Program-made: the position numbers and the translations under genes
DNA from: Christensenella sp. UBA7588
GTDB taxonomy: Bacteria > Bacillota > Clostridia > Christensenellales > CAG-917
Assembly: GCA_002478945.1 (NCBI GenBank)
Contig: DLKM01000026.1
Location: forward strand, 348-64,347
Direction: 5' to 3'
Length of the DNA: 64,000 nucleotides
In this document: positions 45,229 through 54,949 of the stretch, in pieces
Layout of the letters: every line of letters begins with the position of its first letter
Position numbering within the stretch: position 1 is the stretch's first letter
The notes under the pieces: generated by a model
Told to the model about the DNA's origin: nothing
What the model saw: the letters and a program-made list of their open reading frames with translations, nothing else
Database searches by the model: none

Positions 45229-46719
45229 TTATTTTTTGAAAGTAGCCGTTCTGCTTTTCTTTTCGTAATTGATTCTGCCGTGATGAATGGACGGAAGAAC
45301 TTCGATAATCGTACGCTTGATAATAGCGATGTCTCCCATCGTGATGGGGCATTCGTCAAACTGACGAAGTTCCAACTTTTCGTCAACGAGCTTGTTGATA
45401 CGAGCCTCGAACTCCTCTTTCGTATCGGGCATATACGCACGCATTGCCGCTTCGATTGTATCCGAAATCATAATGATTGCCGCGATTTTCGTCTGAGGCT
45501 TCGGACCTGCGTAGGTATATTTGTCGACTGCAAGGTCGCCCTCCTCTTTGAGCGTCAAAGCCTTGCGGTAGAAATATCCGACGGGAGACGTGCCGTGATG
45601 CTCTCTGCAAATTGCGACTATCTCTTGCGGAAGTCTGTTTTGTTTTGCCAAAATCTCTCCGAAAAGCGTGTGCGAAGTTATCATACTGACGCTGACTTCG
45701 GGGATAAGTTCGTCGTGAGGGTTATAGGAAGATTGATTCTCGCTGAAGTAAATCGGGGCTTTCAACTTTCCTATATCGTGATAGTAAGCGGCGCATCTTG
45801 CCATATTGGGGTTCTCCCCTATAGCCGATGCACACGCTTCCGCGAGGTTACCAACAACCAACGAGTGATTGAACGTACCCGGAGCTTCGCTTGCAAGTCT
45901 CTTGAGCAAGGGGTTGGAAAGATTGCACAATTCGTTGAGTCTGAAATCGTCCGCGATGTTGAACACGCCCTCGAAGATTGCCACGAGAGGCATAAACACC
46001 AGCGAAGCCGCTACGTTTGCACCGTAAGAATTGAGGAAGTTCCAAAGCAGATTTATCGAGGTATCTCCCGACGCGAGCGTGAGCATAATCACGAGAGGCT
46101 GAATAATCAGCGGAGTCGCAAGCGATACCAACAGGAATTTTAGTCTCGTAAGATGCTTTTTCTCATAGAAATTCACGATAATCGCGCACAAACTGTTGCA
46201 AATCAGCGACGACATAACCGGAGCGAAGGGATAAACTTCGGGGTTCATCATATAAGAAACGATAAGCAACAAACCCACCGTACAAGTCGCAAGCGTTGCC
46301 GACCTGCGGTCGATAAGCTCGATAAGCACGAGTGTGGCAAGCGAAATAGGCATTGCGTAGATATTGAGGCCTTCGATTTGCGGAACGCCGATACACGCAA
46401 AGAACGTAAGTACGATAAGAATGACCGTGAGATAGAAATCTCTCGTACTCGTACCCTTTTTCTCCGTATAACGATAAATGCCTGCAAGCAAAATCATCAT
46501 CAAAGCGACTGCCGTAACAAGACGACCTGCCGTCGACAAAGCGTTTGCGGCAGTAAAAGCAGCCATAAAATCTCCGACGATGTAAAACGCAAAGAGCATC
46601 ATACCGACGCCTGCGACTATTGCGCCCATAAAGCATTGTCCGAAATATCTTGAAACCTTTCGCCTTGCAAGGGCTTTTTCCTTTTCGGCTCTCGAAATAT
46701 CTCTAATATCGTCTATCAT
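45229..46719 (-). CDS. pgpH: 7TM-HD phosphohydrolase (PgpH/YqfF-like), without the usual long extracellular N-terminal domain
   Basis: Seven hydrophobic helices followed by an HD domain (HSLVVGNLAE...YYHDIGK). Confidence 0.85.
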   Translation of the reverse strand: MIDDIRDISRAEKEKALARRKVSRYFGQCFMGAIVAGVGMMLFAFYIVGDFMAAFTAANALSTAGRLVTAVALMMILLAGIYRYTEKKGTSTRDFYLTVILIVLTFFACIGVPQIEGLNIYAMPISLATLVLIELIDRRSATLATCTVGLLLIVSYMMNPEVYPFAPVMSSLICNSLCAIIVNFYEKKHLTRLKFLLVSLATPLIIQPLVIMLTLASGDTSINLLWNFLNSYGANVAASLVFMPLVAIFEGVFNIADDFRLNELCNLSNPLLKRLASEAPGTFNHSLVVGNLAEACASAIGENPNMARCAAYYHDIGKLKAPIYFSENQSSYNPHDELIPEVSVSMITSHTLFGEILAKQNRLPQEIVAICREHHGTSPVGYFYRKALTLKEEGDLAVDKYTYAGPKPQTKIAAIIMISDTIEAAMRAYMPDTKEEFEARINKLVDEKLELRQFDECPITMGDIAIIKRTIIEVLPSIHHGRINYEKKSRTATFKK

Positions 46720-46722
46720 AAT

Positions 46723-47706
46723 TTATTCTCCTGCGGAATCTCCGTCGACATTTCGTCTCGCGTTTTCCGCTCTTTCGTATGCTTGAATTATTTTCGTAAC
46801 CAACTCGTGCCTTACGACGTCCTTTGCCGTCAATCGCACGATTTCTATTCCCTCTACGTCTTTAAGCACGTTGAGTGCGTCTGCCATACCGCTCGTAACG
46901 TTGTGAGGAAGGTCTATCTGCGTAATATCTCCCGTCACGACGATGCGGCTGTTTTCGCCCATTCTCGTAAGGAACATTTTCATCTGCTCTCTCGTCGTGT
47001 TCTGCGCCTCGTCGAGAATGATGAAACTGTTTGAAAGCGTTCGACCTCTCATATATGCCAGAGGCGCAATCTCGATACTGCCTCTCTCTATGTGGCGAAG
47101 ATACGCTTCCTGCCCCATCATCTCCTGCAACGCGTCGAAAAGCGGTCTGAGATACGGGTCTACCTTTTCGTTGAGGTCTCCCGGCAAAAAGCCGAGTTTC
47201 TCTCCTGCCTCCACCGCAGGTCTCGTGAGAATGATTTTGTCAATCTCCTTATTTTTGAGCGCGTAAACGGCAAGCGCAACCGCAAGATACGTTTTGCCCG
47301 TACCCGCGGGTCCCACGCCGAAAACGATGCTGTTTTTCTTTATAGCGTCGACGTACTGCTTTTGACCGAGCGTTTTCGGACGAATGATTTTGCCTCGTGC
47401 GGTAATTGCCACAGTACCCATCAAATCGTTTACGTCAAAGTCTTTGCCTGCTTTTGCGTATCCGATGACCATACTCACTTGTTGCGCCTTGAGAGGCTGC
47501 TTTTCGCTCAGTTTTTCAAGAGCGTCTATGGCGCGCATCGCGCCTTCCACGTCCTTTTCCTCTCCGCTTATTTTCACGCTCGAGCCGAGCGCGAACACGT
47601 CCACGTCAAAAGCGTCGGTAAGCCTCTCGATATTCTCGTCAAGCTCTCCGAACACGCTCATCATCGTTTCATATTTTTCAAAATGCTTTTCTTTTTGCAC
47701 TTTCAC
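46723..47706 (-). CDS. phoH: PhoH-like ATPase (GTG start)
   Basis: Walker A GPAGTGKTYLAVA and Walker B FIILDEAQN. Confidence 0.95.
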   Translation of the reverse strand: MKVQKEKHFEKYETMMSVFGELDENIERLTDAFDVDVFALGSSVKISGEEKDVEGAMRAIDALEKLSEKQPLKAQQVSMVIGYAKAGKDFDVNDLMGTVAITARGKIIRPKTLGQKQYVDAIKKNSIVFGVGPAGTGKTYLAVALAVYALKNKEIDKIILTRPAVEAGEKLGFLPGDLNEKVDPYLRPLFDALQEMMGQEAYLRHIERGSIEIAPLAYMRGRTLSNSFIILDEAQNTTREQMKMFLTRMGENSRIVVTGDITQIDLPHNVTSGMADALNVLKDVEGIEIVRLTAKDVVRHELVTKIIQAYERAENARRNVDGDSAGE

Positions 47707-49025
47707 GCTATAGATTCCTCCGCTTCTACGGTTACGTCAACCACGACTCCCCCGTCCACGTTCTTCACATCGTAATAAACGTTCAATACCTTTGCGCTCT
47801 CCTCGAACTCTGTCGCAAGCACGGAAAACGCCTTCCGTTTCATACTTTCTTCGTCGAGATTGTTCTCGACTTTGCTTATCGTCAGTTGTCTGAAAGTATA
47901 CTCGTATATTTTCATCGGCAACATAAAGCCGTAATCTCTTACCGACGTTGCCAACTCGTAACACTCGTACGGACTTTGCGGAGTTTTCGGAACTTTTCCG
48001 AACATACCGAGTCTTGTGAGAGTCTTTTGTTCGCCGTACTCCTTGACGGTCTCCTCTGTGGGGAAATATACGCTCTTTTTGTAATACACTTTGCCGAAAG
48101 CGTATCCCCTTGCAAGAGACGGAATTTTGGAATCTCCGTATTCGACGAATCCGTCTATAAGCACGTCTCCCGCTTTGACTACGTCTCCGTACTTTTTTAT
48201 TGCCGTGCCGCCCTCGACGATTATTCTGGTAACGACCGCAGTCTTTGTTGCCTTGACGCTCGAGCCTTGCATTTGAGCGAAACTCTCTTTGGGCAACTCG
48301 CTTTTTATCACTATGTCGAAATGCGTACCGTTTCTCTTTACGCTTGCAAACGCAACGCCGTCAAGCTCTGTCAACGCTTTTTCAAGTTCGTTACCGTCGA
48401 TGTCGGACGCTTTCGCGCCGCTTTCCGCTCCGTACTCGGATAGTATGTCGGAAATCTGCCGTTTTAATGCCTCGTTAGGCTCGACTGCGCCCGCATAGCG
48501 CACGCTTACGCGCGTGACGAAACTCGAATAAATCGCAAACGCCACCACCCCTACGCATATTCCGACGACAACGCCGAATCTCGCAACGGTCCTTAAAGCG
48601 GAAGGCACTACGCCCCCTATCCTAACTATTTTATAATCATAGCATAAGTTATCTAATAATGCAATAATCTTGTCGCAATGTTTTGAATCAATAAAAAAGC
48701 GCACTCCATCGGGCGTGGTTTGCACGTCCGAAACACGACAAATCTTTGAAATCGCGGCAAGCGCGCGCACTCCGTATTTTGACGAAATTTCTAGTTGCGT
48801 TTTTCCGAACTTTGCAAGAATATTATGCAATCTATCGTGCCTGATAGCAGATTTTCGCTCGATAATTCCGACAAATTTTCCAAAAAAACTTATTTCGCGA
48901 CTTTTTTTCTCTTTTTTCTTGCTTTTTCGAGCATCTATAACGGTATTTTTAGTTTTCGCATCGGTTGCGTCGACGCGCTTACGCGTTTTGTTTAAACGCG
49001 ATACTTTCGACTTCTCCCTCGACAT
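47703..49025 (-). CDS. yqfD: Sporulation protein YqfD-like, with a Lys-rich N-terminal extension
   Basis: Lies between yqfC and phoH. Has a single central TM helix (VVVGICVGVVAFAIYSSFV) and the repeated beta units typical of YqfD. Confidence 0.7.
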   Translation of the reverse strand: MSREKSKVSRLNKTRKRVDATDAKTKNTVIDARKSKKKEKKSREISFFGKFVGIIERKSAIRHDRLHNILAKFGKTQLEISSKYGVRALAAISKICRVSDVQTTPDGVRFFIDSKHCDKIIALLDNLCYDYKIVRIGGVVPSALRTVARFGVVVGICVGVVAFAIYSSFVTRVSVRYAGAVEPNEALKRQISDILSEYGAESGAKASDIDGNELEKALTELDGVAFASVKRNGTHFDIVIKSELPKESFAQMQGSSVKATKTAVVTRIIVEGGTAIKKYGDVVKAGDVLIDGFVEYGDSKIPSLARGYAFGKVYYKKSVYFPTEETVKEYGEQKTLTRLGMFGKVPKTPQSPYECYELATSVRDYGFMLPMKIYEYTFRQLTISKVENNLDEESMKRKAFSVLATEFEESAKVLNVYYDVKNVDGGVVVDVTVEAEESIA

Positions 49026-49239
49026 ATACGTCCCCTCCTCCTATTTCGGCAATAGAAAGTTCCTTGCCCGTTATCGTCAAAACGTCGGAGCCGACTTTGA
49101 TTTTGAGCTCGTTTGCGGTTGCTTCGTTCACTCTCTTTACTCCGCTTACGACGAGTTTGTGCCTTCCGAGCATATTGAGCGCAAACGGAAACATCTCGTC
49201 TTTTACGTTGAGTTTTCTTTTTATTTCATCCTTAAACAT
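48979..49239 (-). CDS. yqfC: Sporulation protein YqfC-like
   Basis: The last 86 codons of the listed ORF read MFKDEIKRKLNV...HKLVVSGVKRVNEATANELKIKVGSDVLTITGKELSIAEIGGGDVYVEGEVESIAF. Confidence 0.7.
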   Translation of the reverse strand: MFKDEIKRKLNVKDEMFPFALNMLGRHKLVVSGVKRVNEATANELKIKVGSDVLTITGKELSIAEIGGGDVYVEGEVESIAFKQNA

Positions 49240-49301
49240 AATAAATGTATATGTAAAAATTTTCGATACATTAACTTTCAACTCAAAAACTCTCTCGACA
49301 T

Positions 49302-49337
49302 AAAAAACGCCCCTTGCACGCAATTTGTGCAAGGGGC
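49302..49337 (-). terminator. Intrinsic terminator after dnaB
   Basis: 11-bp stem GCCCCTTGCAC/GTGCAAGGGGC followed by a U-run on the minus strand. Confidence 0.85.
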
Positions 49338-49357
49338 TTAAATATTCGTTTTGTTTG

Positions 49358-50971
49358 TCAGAACGGCATATCTTCGTCGTCTGTCGTATCGTCGTCCACA
49401 TATTCGTCGTCGACGTACTCGTCGTCCTCAAACGGAGCGTCGTCGTCACTCGGCGCAGGAGCGTCCTCCGCCTTGTCGTCGAACGGCATCGCAAACGGCA
49501 TATCTCCTGCGTCTGCGGCAACTTCTTTCAAATCGTCGGTAACGTCCGAAATGGATTTCATATCCATACCGCTCTCGTCGTCTTTCTTTTTAGGCTCGTC
49601 GTAAATGTACTCCGTGGTGTTTGCGTTTTGGTCTACGCACTCCTTGAAAGACGTGGTTGCGCCGTCCCAATCGAGCTTGATTTCGCCGATTTCGCCGTTT
49701 CTGTTTTTCTTTACGTCGAGAATAACCTCGTTTGCCGGCAACGCTTTATTATAAGTCCACGGTTTATTGAGGAACATAACCACGTCGGCGTCTTGTTCGA
49801 TTGAACCCGATTCGCGAAGGTCGGAAAGTTGCGGCGTGTGGTCGTTACGTTGTTCCACGCCACGGGACATTTGCGAAAGAAGAATAATCGGACAGTTGAG
49901 TTCCTTTGCGTATATCTTCATTTTTCTCGACATATCGCTGACTTCGACCTGACGGCTTTCGGCGGCTCTGCCGTTTTTGCTTGCGGTCATAAGTTGCAAA
50001 TAGTCGATAATTACGAGGTCGAGACCTTTTTCGCGTTTAAGACGTCTGCACTTCGACAATACGTCGGCAGGTCCGTTCATCGAGTAATCGTCGATGTAAA
50101 TATCCGTTGCAAGCAACGCGCGGTAGCCGTTGTAAAGTTTTTTATAATCGGTTTGAGTAAGTCCGCCTCTCGTGTCCATCTTCTTGCTTTCGACTTTTGA
50201 TATGTAAGCAAGCATACGTTTTGCGAGCAAATCGGCAGGCATTTCGAGTGAGAAAATAGCCACTTTTTTGCCGTGATTGATTGCTACGTTTGCGGCAATA
50301 TTCAGCGCAAAAGCCGTTTTACCGACGGACGGACGAGCGGCTATAAGCACCATTTCGCCGGGTTTCAATCCGTGCGTGAGATTGTCGAAAGTCGGGAAAT
50401 CGATGTAAATCGTATTCTTGGGAACGTTGCCCGTCTGTGCGTCTTGTATGTTTTTGAGCGCAAGAGCGGCTGCGTCGTCTACTTTTTCGAGAGCTTTTTC
50501 GCTCGTCTGCTCCGCAATGGCGTAAACGAGTTTTTCGGCATTGTCGAGAGCGTCCGTGCCGTTTTCGCATTCATAGCCGTATTTTGCGATATTATTGCCT
50601 GCCTCGATAACCTTTCTCGTGAGGCTGTCGCGCTTGATAATGCTTGCGTAATACTCGCCGTTTGCCGCAGATACGACGCCTTCGGCAAGTTCGCTCAAAT
50701 AAGAAACGGAGCCGACCTCGTCAAGTTGTCCTTTGACGTCGAGCGCGTCGCATACGGAAACCGTGTCTATAGGTTTGCTCTCCATCTGGAGTTGCTTCAT
50801 CGCGGCAAAAATCAGCCTGTTTTGCGCAAGATAAAAATCATCGACGGACAGCGTCGGAATTATAATATCCGCCGCTTTGTTATCAATGAGGATTGCGCCA
50901 AGCACCGACGCTTCCGCGTCGACGTTGTTGGGCATACCTCTGCTCACTCTCTTGTTTTCTTCTTTTGCCAT
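49358..50971 (-). CDS. dnaB: Replicative DNA helicase (DnaB/DnaC) with a 93-aa acidic C-terminal extension
   Basis: NVDAEASVLGAILID N-terminal domain, Walker A ARPSVGKTAFAL, and QLSDLRESGSIEQDADVV. The tail ends in ...DDEDMPF. Confidence 0.95.
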   Translation of the reverse strand: MAKEENKRVSRGMPNNVDAEASVLGAILIDNKAADIIIPTLSVDDFYLAQNRLIFAAMKQLQMESKPIDTVSVCDALDVKGQLDEVGSVSYLSELAEGVVSAANGEYYASIIKRDSLTRKVIEAGNNIAKYGYECENGTDALDNAEKLVYAIAEQTSEKALEKVDDAAALALKNIQDAQTGNVPKNTIYIDFPTFDNLTHGLKPGEMVLIAARPSVGKTAFALNIAANVAINHGKKVAIFSLEMPADLLAKRMLAYISKVESKKMDTRGGLTQTDYKKLYNGYRALLATDIYIDDYSMNGPADVLSKCRRLKREKGLDLVIIDYLQLMTASKNGRAAESRQVEVSDMSRKMKIYAKELNCPIILLSQMSRGVEQRNDHTPQLSDLRESGSIEQDADVVMFLNKPWTYNKALPANEVILDVKKNRNGEIGEIKLDWDGATTSFKECVDQNANTTEYIYDEPKKKDDESGMDMKSISDVTDDLKEVAADAGDMPFAMPFDDKAEDAPAPSDDDAPFEDDEYVDDEYVDDDTTDDEDMPF

Positions 50972-51582
50972 ACTCTGCCCTTAACGACGAAATACACGAT
51001 TAACACGATAAGCCCCGCACCCAACACGCATCCGAGCAAAGTGCCGTACCAACCGGCGGCGTTTGCGCTCTTTAACGTGAGAGTGAACGTCTGACTTTCG
51101 GCGGTCTCGTCAAGCTCGAACAGGTGCGTATAAGTTCTGTTTTTACTCGAGACTTCTCCGTCGCTTTTTATAGATTTATAGATTGTATCATACCTTATAA
51201 CCACTTTCAAGCGATTATATTGCACGCCGTCGTATATAAGCCTGTCTTGTGGTACGACGCTTTGCACGGCACTAAATATCCGTGCGGATTCAACGGCGAT
51301 ATACGTCTCGCTCGTACGATAAAAGGAAGATTTTTCGATTTCCTTACTTGTCCAAACCGTCGTCGCGTCGGGGACTTTTTCGTCCGTTTGCGAAAAAGTG
51401 AGATAGACGTACGCGGTCTGTTCTTCCTCTGAAAACGCTATTTCGTACAGATACAAATCTCTTTGCACTTCTCCTTCGTCATCGGACGAGTTGTCGCACG
51501 CCGTCAAAAAGACGGCGCAAAGCGCGATTGTCAAAACAATCGCAACAACCAATCCTGATATTCTCGGAAATTTGCTTTTCAT
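50944..51582 (-). CDS. Putative lipoprotein with a C-terminal TM anchor, unknown function
   Basis: Lipobox LTAC after a hydrophobic signal. C-terminal helix LLGCVLGAGLIVLIVYFVV. Confidence 0.5.
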   Translation of the reverse strand: MKSKFPRISGLVVAIVLTIALCAVFLTACDNSSDDEGEVQRDLYLYEIAFSEEEQTAYVYLTFSQTDEKVPDATTVWTSKEIEKSSFYRTSETYIAVESARIFSAVQSVVPQDRLIYDGVQYNRLKVVIRYDTIYKSIKSDGEVSSKNRTYTHLFELDETAESQTFTLTLKSANAAGWYGTLLGCVLGAGLIVLIVYFVVKGRVWQKKKTRE

Positions 51583-51605
51583 AATGCGATAAAACCTATC
51601 CTCGA

Positions 51606-53390
51606 TTATTCGTAAGACTTTTCGAGTTCCGCCAACGTATCGGCAAACTCTTTTATTGCAAGCTCGTACGGAGCGTCGCTCTCGAGGTCTACGTCCGCAA
51701 GACGAATGATGTCGAGCGGAGGCATACTTCCGCCTGCGGAAAGGAATTTTTTGTATTTTGCAAAATATTTCTCTCCTTGCGAAAGAATGTTGTTTGCAAT
51801 CGACACGGCGGTCGTGATACCCGTTGCGTACTTATAAACGTAGAAACTCGTGAAGAAATGCGGTATTCTCGACCATTCGTAACGAATGAGGTCGTTGTGT
51901 TCCACACTCGGGCCGTAATATTTCTTATTGAGTTCGTAATATGCGTCGCAAAGCGCGTCTGCGGTTATCGGCTCGCCCTTTTCGACCATACCGTGCGCAA
52001 TCGCCTCGAATTCGCTGAACATAGTCTGTCTGAAAAGCGTCGTGCGGAACATATCGAGATAATAGGAAAGCAAATACTTTCTGAACTCGCCCGTTGCGGT
52101 TTTGAGCAAATGCTTCAAAAGCAACACTTCGTTGACGGTGGAAGCGATTTCCGCGCAGAAAATTTCGTAATCCGCTTTCGTCTCGGGAAGCGACGAACTG
52201 CTATAATAAGAATGCATCGAGTGTCCGAGTTCGTGCGCAATGGTAAACACGTCGTGAACGGTCTTTTGATAGTTGAGAAGAACGAACGGATGCACTCCGT
52301 AAACGCCCCACGAATACGCGCCGCTTCTCTTGCCTTTGTTCTCGAAAACGTCTACCCAACCGCTCTCGAATGCGGACGCCAAAACGTCGGAATATTCCTT
52401 ACCCATAACTTTAAGTGCCTGTTTGACAAGCTCAACCGCGTCTTTGTATTCGAGCGCAAGTTCCTGCTCTTTGACCATAGACACATACAAATCGTACATA
52501 TTGAGGGTATCGACGCCCAAAACTTTCTTGCGCAAAGCGATATATCTGTGCAGAGGCTCCGTGCCTTTTCCTACCGCTTCGAGCAACTTTTGATAGCAAG
52601 TGGACGGTACGTTTTCTTTGTACATAGAATAGTCGAGCGCGCTTTGGAAACCTCTTACCTTTGCAAAGAACCAGTCTTTTTTGACGTTGCCTGCGTAGTT
52701 TGCCGCAAGCGTGTTGATATGGTCTTTATATGCGCCGAACATACTCTCAAAAGCGTCTTTTCTCACTTGTTGTGAGGGATTTTGCAAAAGTATTCCGTAC
52801 ACGCCGTGGCTCATATCCACTTTGTTGCCCGTGCCGTCGTCAACGGGTTTGAACTTTACGTCGGCGTTGTCGAACATAGAAAAGACTTCTTGGTTTGTCT
52901 CCGAGAAAAGCCCAACTTCTCCGAGCAGTTTTTCTTCTTTTTTGGAAAGAATTATATCTTTGTTTCTAATGATTTCTCCGAAGAACACGTCGTAGTCGAC
53001 AAAGCGTTTGCTATTTTTCAAAGCCTCGAGTTTTTCTTTTGAAAACTCGCTGATTTCGGGTGTAATGAAAGAACTTGCCGTCGAAAATTTGACGATTAGC
53101 ATTTCCGCTTTGTTTACCATACCTTGGTGTACGCTGTCTCTCGTGTCTTGGTCGAGACGCATTTTCGCATAGGCATAAAGATACACTATGTCGTGCGTAA
53201 GTCTCGTTTGAAACTCGAGGCAATCGAAAAGCATATCGTCGTCTGCAAGTTTATCCTGATATTTGGAAAAATAGCCTATTCTTTCTTCGCACTTGAAAAA
53301 CAATTCGTCCCAAGCGTCGTTTGACGGCACGATGTCCTCGAGCGTCCATTTATACTGTTGCGGTATTTGATTGCGATTTTCGTAAAGCAT
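51606..53390 (-). CDS. pepF: Oligoendopeptidase F (M3B)
   Basis: HELGHSMH zinc motif; 594 aa. Confidence 0.9.
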   Translation of the reverse strand: MLYENRNQIPQQYKWTLEDIVPSNDAWDELFFKCEERIGYFSKYQDKLADDDMLFDCLEFQTRLTHDIVYLYAYAKMRLDQDTRDSVHQGMVNKAEMLIVKFSTASSFITPEISEFSKEKLEALKNSKRFVDYDVFFGEIIRNKDIILSKKEEKLLGEVGLFSETNQEVFSMFDNADVKFKPVDDGTGNKVDMSHGVYGILLQNPSQQVRKDAFESMFGAYKDHINTLAANYAGNVKKDWFFAKVRGFQSALDYSMYKENVPSTCYQKLLEAVGKGTEPLHRYIALRKKVLGVDTLNMYDLYVSMVKEQELALEYKDAVELVKQALKVMGKEYSDVLASAFESGWVDVFENKGKRSGAYSWGVYGVHPFVLLNYQKTVHDVFTIAHELGHSMHSYYSSSSLPETKADYEIFCAEIASTVNEVLLLKHLLKTATGEFRKYLLSYYLDMFRTTLFRQTMFSEFEAIAHGMVEKGEPITADALCDAYYELNKKYYGPSVEHNDLIRYEWSRIPHFFTSFYVYKYATGITTAVSIANNILSQGEKYFAKYKKFLSAGGSMPPLDIIRLADVDLESDAPYELAIKEFADTLAELEKSYE

Positions 53391-53424
53391 AGTATCTCCT
53401 TTATTGAAAACGTATTTTTTATTC

Positions 53425-54912
53425 TTATTCGCTGAAAAGCGTATTGTCGAGAAATTCGGGAGCGCAAGACAATCTCACTCCGAGTTTTCTGAACGGGTTT
53501 TCGTCCGCTTTTACGAGAATATGCGTAGAATGTGCGTCGCACCCGTCGAGCATCGTCAGTTGTTCCATAGCGTTTGCCGCCTGTGCGTCGCTTGCGGCGC
53601 ATATCGATAATGCGAGCAACGCTTCCTCGAGCGTGAGCGTCTTGTGATGCTCTTTGAGAATTTTCGTCTTGAGGTCGATGATAGGTCCTATGACGTAAGG
53701 CGATATGAGTTTTTGCGAGTCTTTTATCCCTGCAAGCATCTTTACCGCATTGAAAACGCAAGCGGCGGACGCACTCATACGCTTCGTATTTTTGCCCGTA
53801 ACGATACGTCCGTCGGGCAATTCGAGCGCAACCGCTCCGCAGTTATCGTTGTCCTCGCTCTTTTTCTTTGCCGTATCGATAACCTTTCTGTCGGAAAGAT
53901 TTATTGACAACCTCGACATCAAAAATTCAAGTCTGCTGACCGTATCTTCGCTTCCGCTGCCGTTTTTAAGGTCGCAAAGTGCCTTGTAATATCTGCGGAT
54001 AATTTCCGCTTTGGACGCTTCTTGGCACGCCTCGTCGTCGACGATGCAATATCCTGCCATATTAACGCCCATATCCGTCGGAGATTTGTAGATGCACTCC
54101 TCTCCCGTAATCTTCGCAAGTATGCTTCTCACGACGGGGAACACTTCTATATCCCTGTTGTAGTTGACGGTTATTTCTCCGTAAGCGTCGAGGTGGAAAT
54201 TGTCCACCTTGTTTACGTCCTTGAGGTCGGCGGTTGCGGCCTCGTACGCAACGTTGACGGGATGATTGAGAGGCAAGTTCCAAATCGGGAAAGTCTCGAA
54301 TTTCGCATATCCAGCTTTTACACCTCTCTTGTTCTCATGATAAAGTTGCGAAAGACACGTCGCAAGTTTTCCGCTTCCCGGACCGGGTGCGGTAAGCACG
54401 ACGAGCGGACGCGTCGTTTCGATGTACGGATTTGCGCCGTATCCCTCGTCGGAAACTATCGTGTCAATCTCGTGAGGATAGCCTTTCGTCGGACGATGTA
54501 TATATACCTTGACGCCTCTGTTTTCAAGTTTTTGCTTATACGCGAGCGCGCCTTGTTGGTCGGTAAACATAGTTATCACGACGCAGTTGATATATATGCC
54601 CATTGCGGAGATATTGTCTATCATTCTCTCCACTTCGCTTCCGTAAGTAATGCCGTAATCCGCGCGAATCTTGTTGCGTTCTATAGCGTTGGCGTTGATG
54701 CAGATAATCAATTCCGCTTTATCTCTGAGTTTCTGCAAAAGTTTGATTTTTGCAGCCTTGTCAAAACCGGGCAACACTCTTGCTGCGTGCAAATCGTCAA
54801 AGAGTTTTCCGCCGAATTCGAGATAAAGTTTGTCAAATCGGTTTATTCTTTCAAGAATATGTTCCGACTGTTTTTGCATATACAGGTTGCTGTCAAATCC
54901 GATTTTTTGCAT
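53425..54912 (-). CDS. DUF1846 (UPF0371) family protein
   Basis: N-terminus MQKIGFDSNLYMQKQSEHILERI...LYLEFGGKLFDD.HAARVLPGF is typical of the family. Confidence 0.75.
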   Translation of the reverse strand: MQKIGFDSNLYMQKQSEHILERINRFDKLYLEFGGKLFDDLHAARVLPGFDKAAKIKLLQKLRDKAELIICINANAIERNKIRADYGITYGSEVERMIDNISAMGIYINCVVITMFTDQQGALAYKQKLENRGVKVYIHRPTKGYPHEIDTIVSDEGYGANPYIETTRPLVVLTAPGPGSGKLATCLSQLYHENKRGVKAGYAKFETFPIWNLPLNHPVNVAYEAATADLKDVNKVDNFHLDAYGEITVNYNRDIEVFPVVRSILAKITGEECIYKSPTDMGVNMAGYCIVDDEACQEASKAEIIRRYYKALCDLKNGSGSEDTVSRLEFLMSRLSINLSDRKVIDTAKKKSEDNDNCGAVALELPDGRIVTGKNTKRMSASAACVFNAVKMLAGIKDSQKLISPYVIGPIIDLKTKILKEHHKTLTLEEALLALSICAASDAQAANAMEQLTMLDGCDAHSTHILVKADENPFRKLGVRLSCAPEFLDNTLFSE

Positions 54913-54949
54913 ATATTTACCTTTTGTATTTAGTGCGTTTATTTGTTAT

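Noticed and set aside
39636-46143. Several long plus-strand ORFs (39636-40871, 40718-42322, 43009-44220, 44776-46143), and similar ones at 4462-5745, 28450-29691 and 58701-59750.
   Set aside because: All are antisense to minus-strand genes that carry strong family motifs (Sua5, Era, RecO, PgpH, aconitase, oxidoreductase, topoisomerase B). Their translations are low-complexity and R/F/V-rich, with no recognisable domains.
49240-49521. The upstream two thirds of the listed 180-aa ORF 48979-49521.
   Set aside because: This part is out of frame over the acidic tail of dnaB and crosses the dnaB terminator. Only the last 86 codons (from MFKDEIKRK) look like YqfC.
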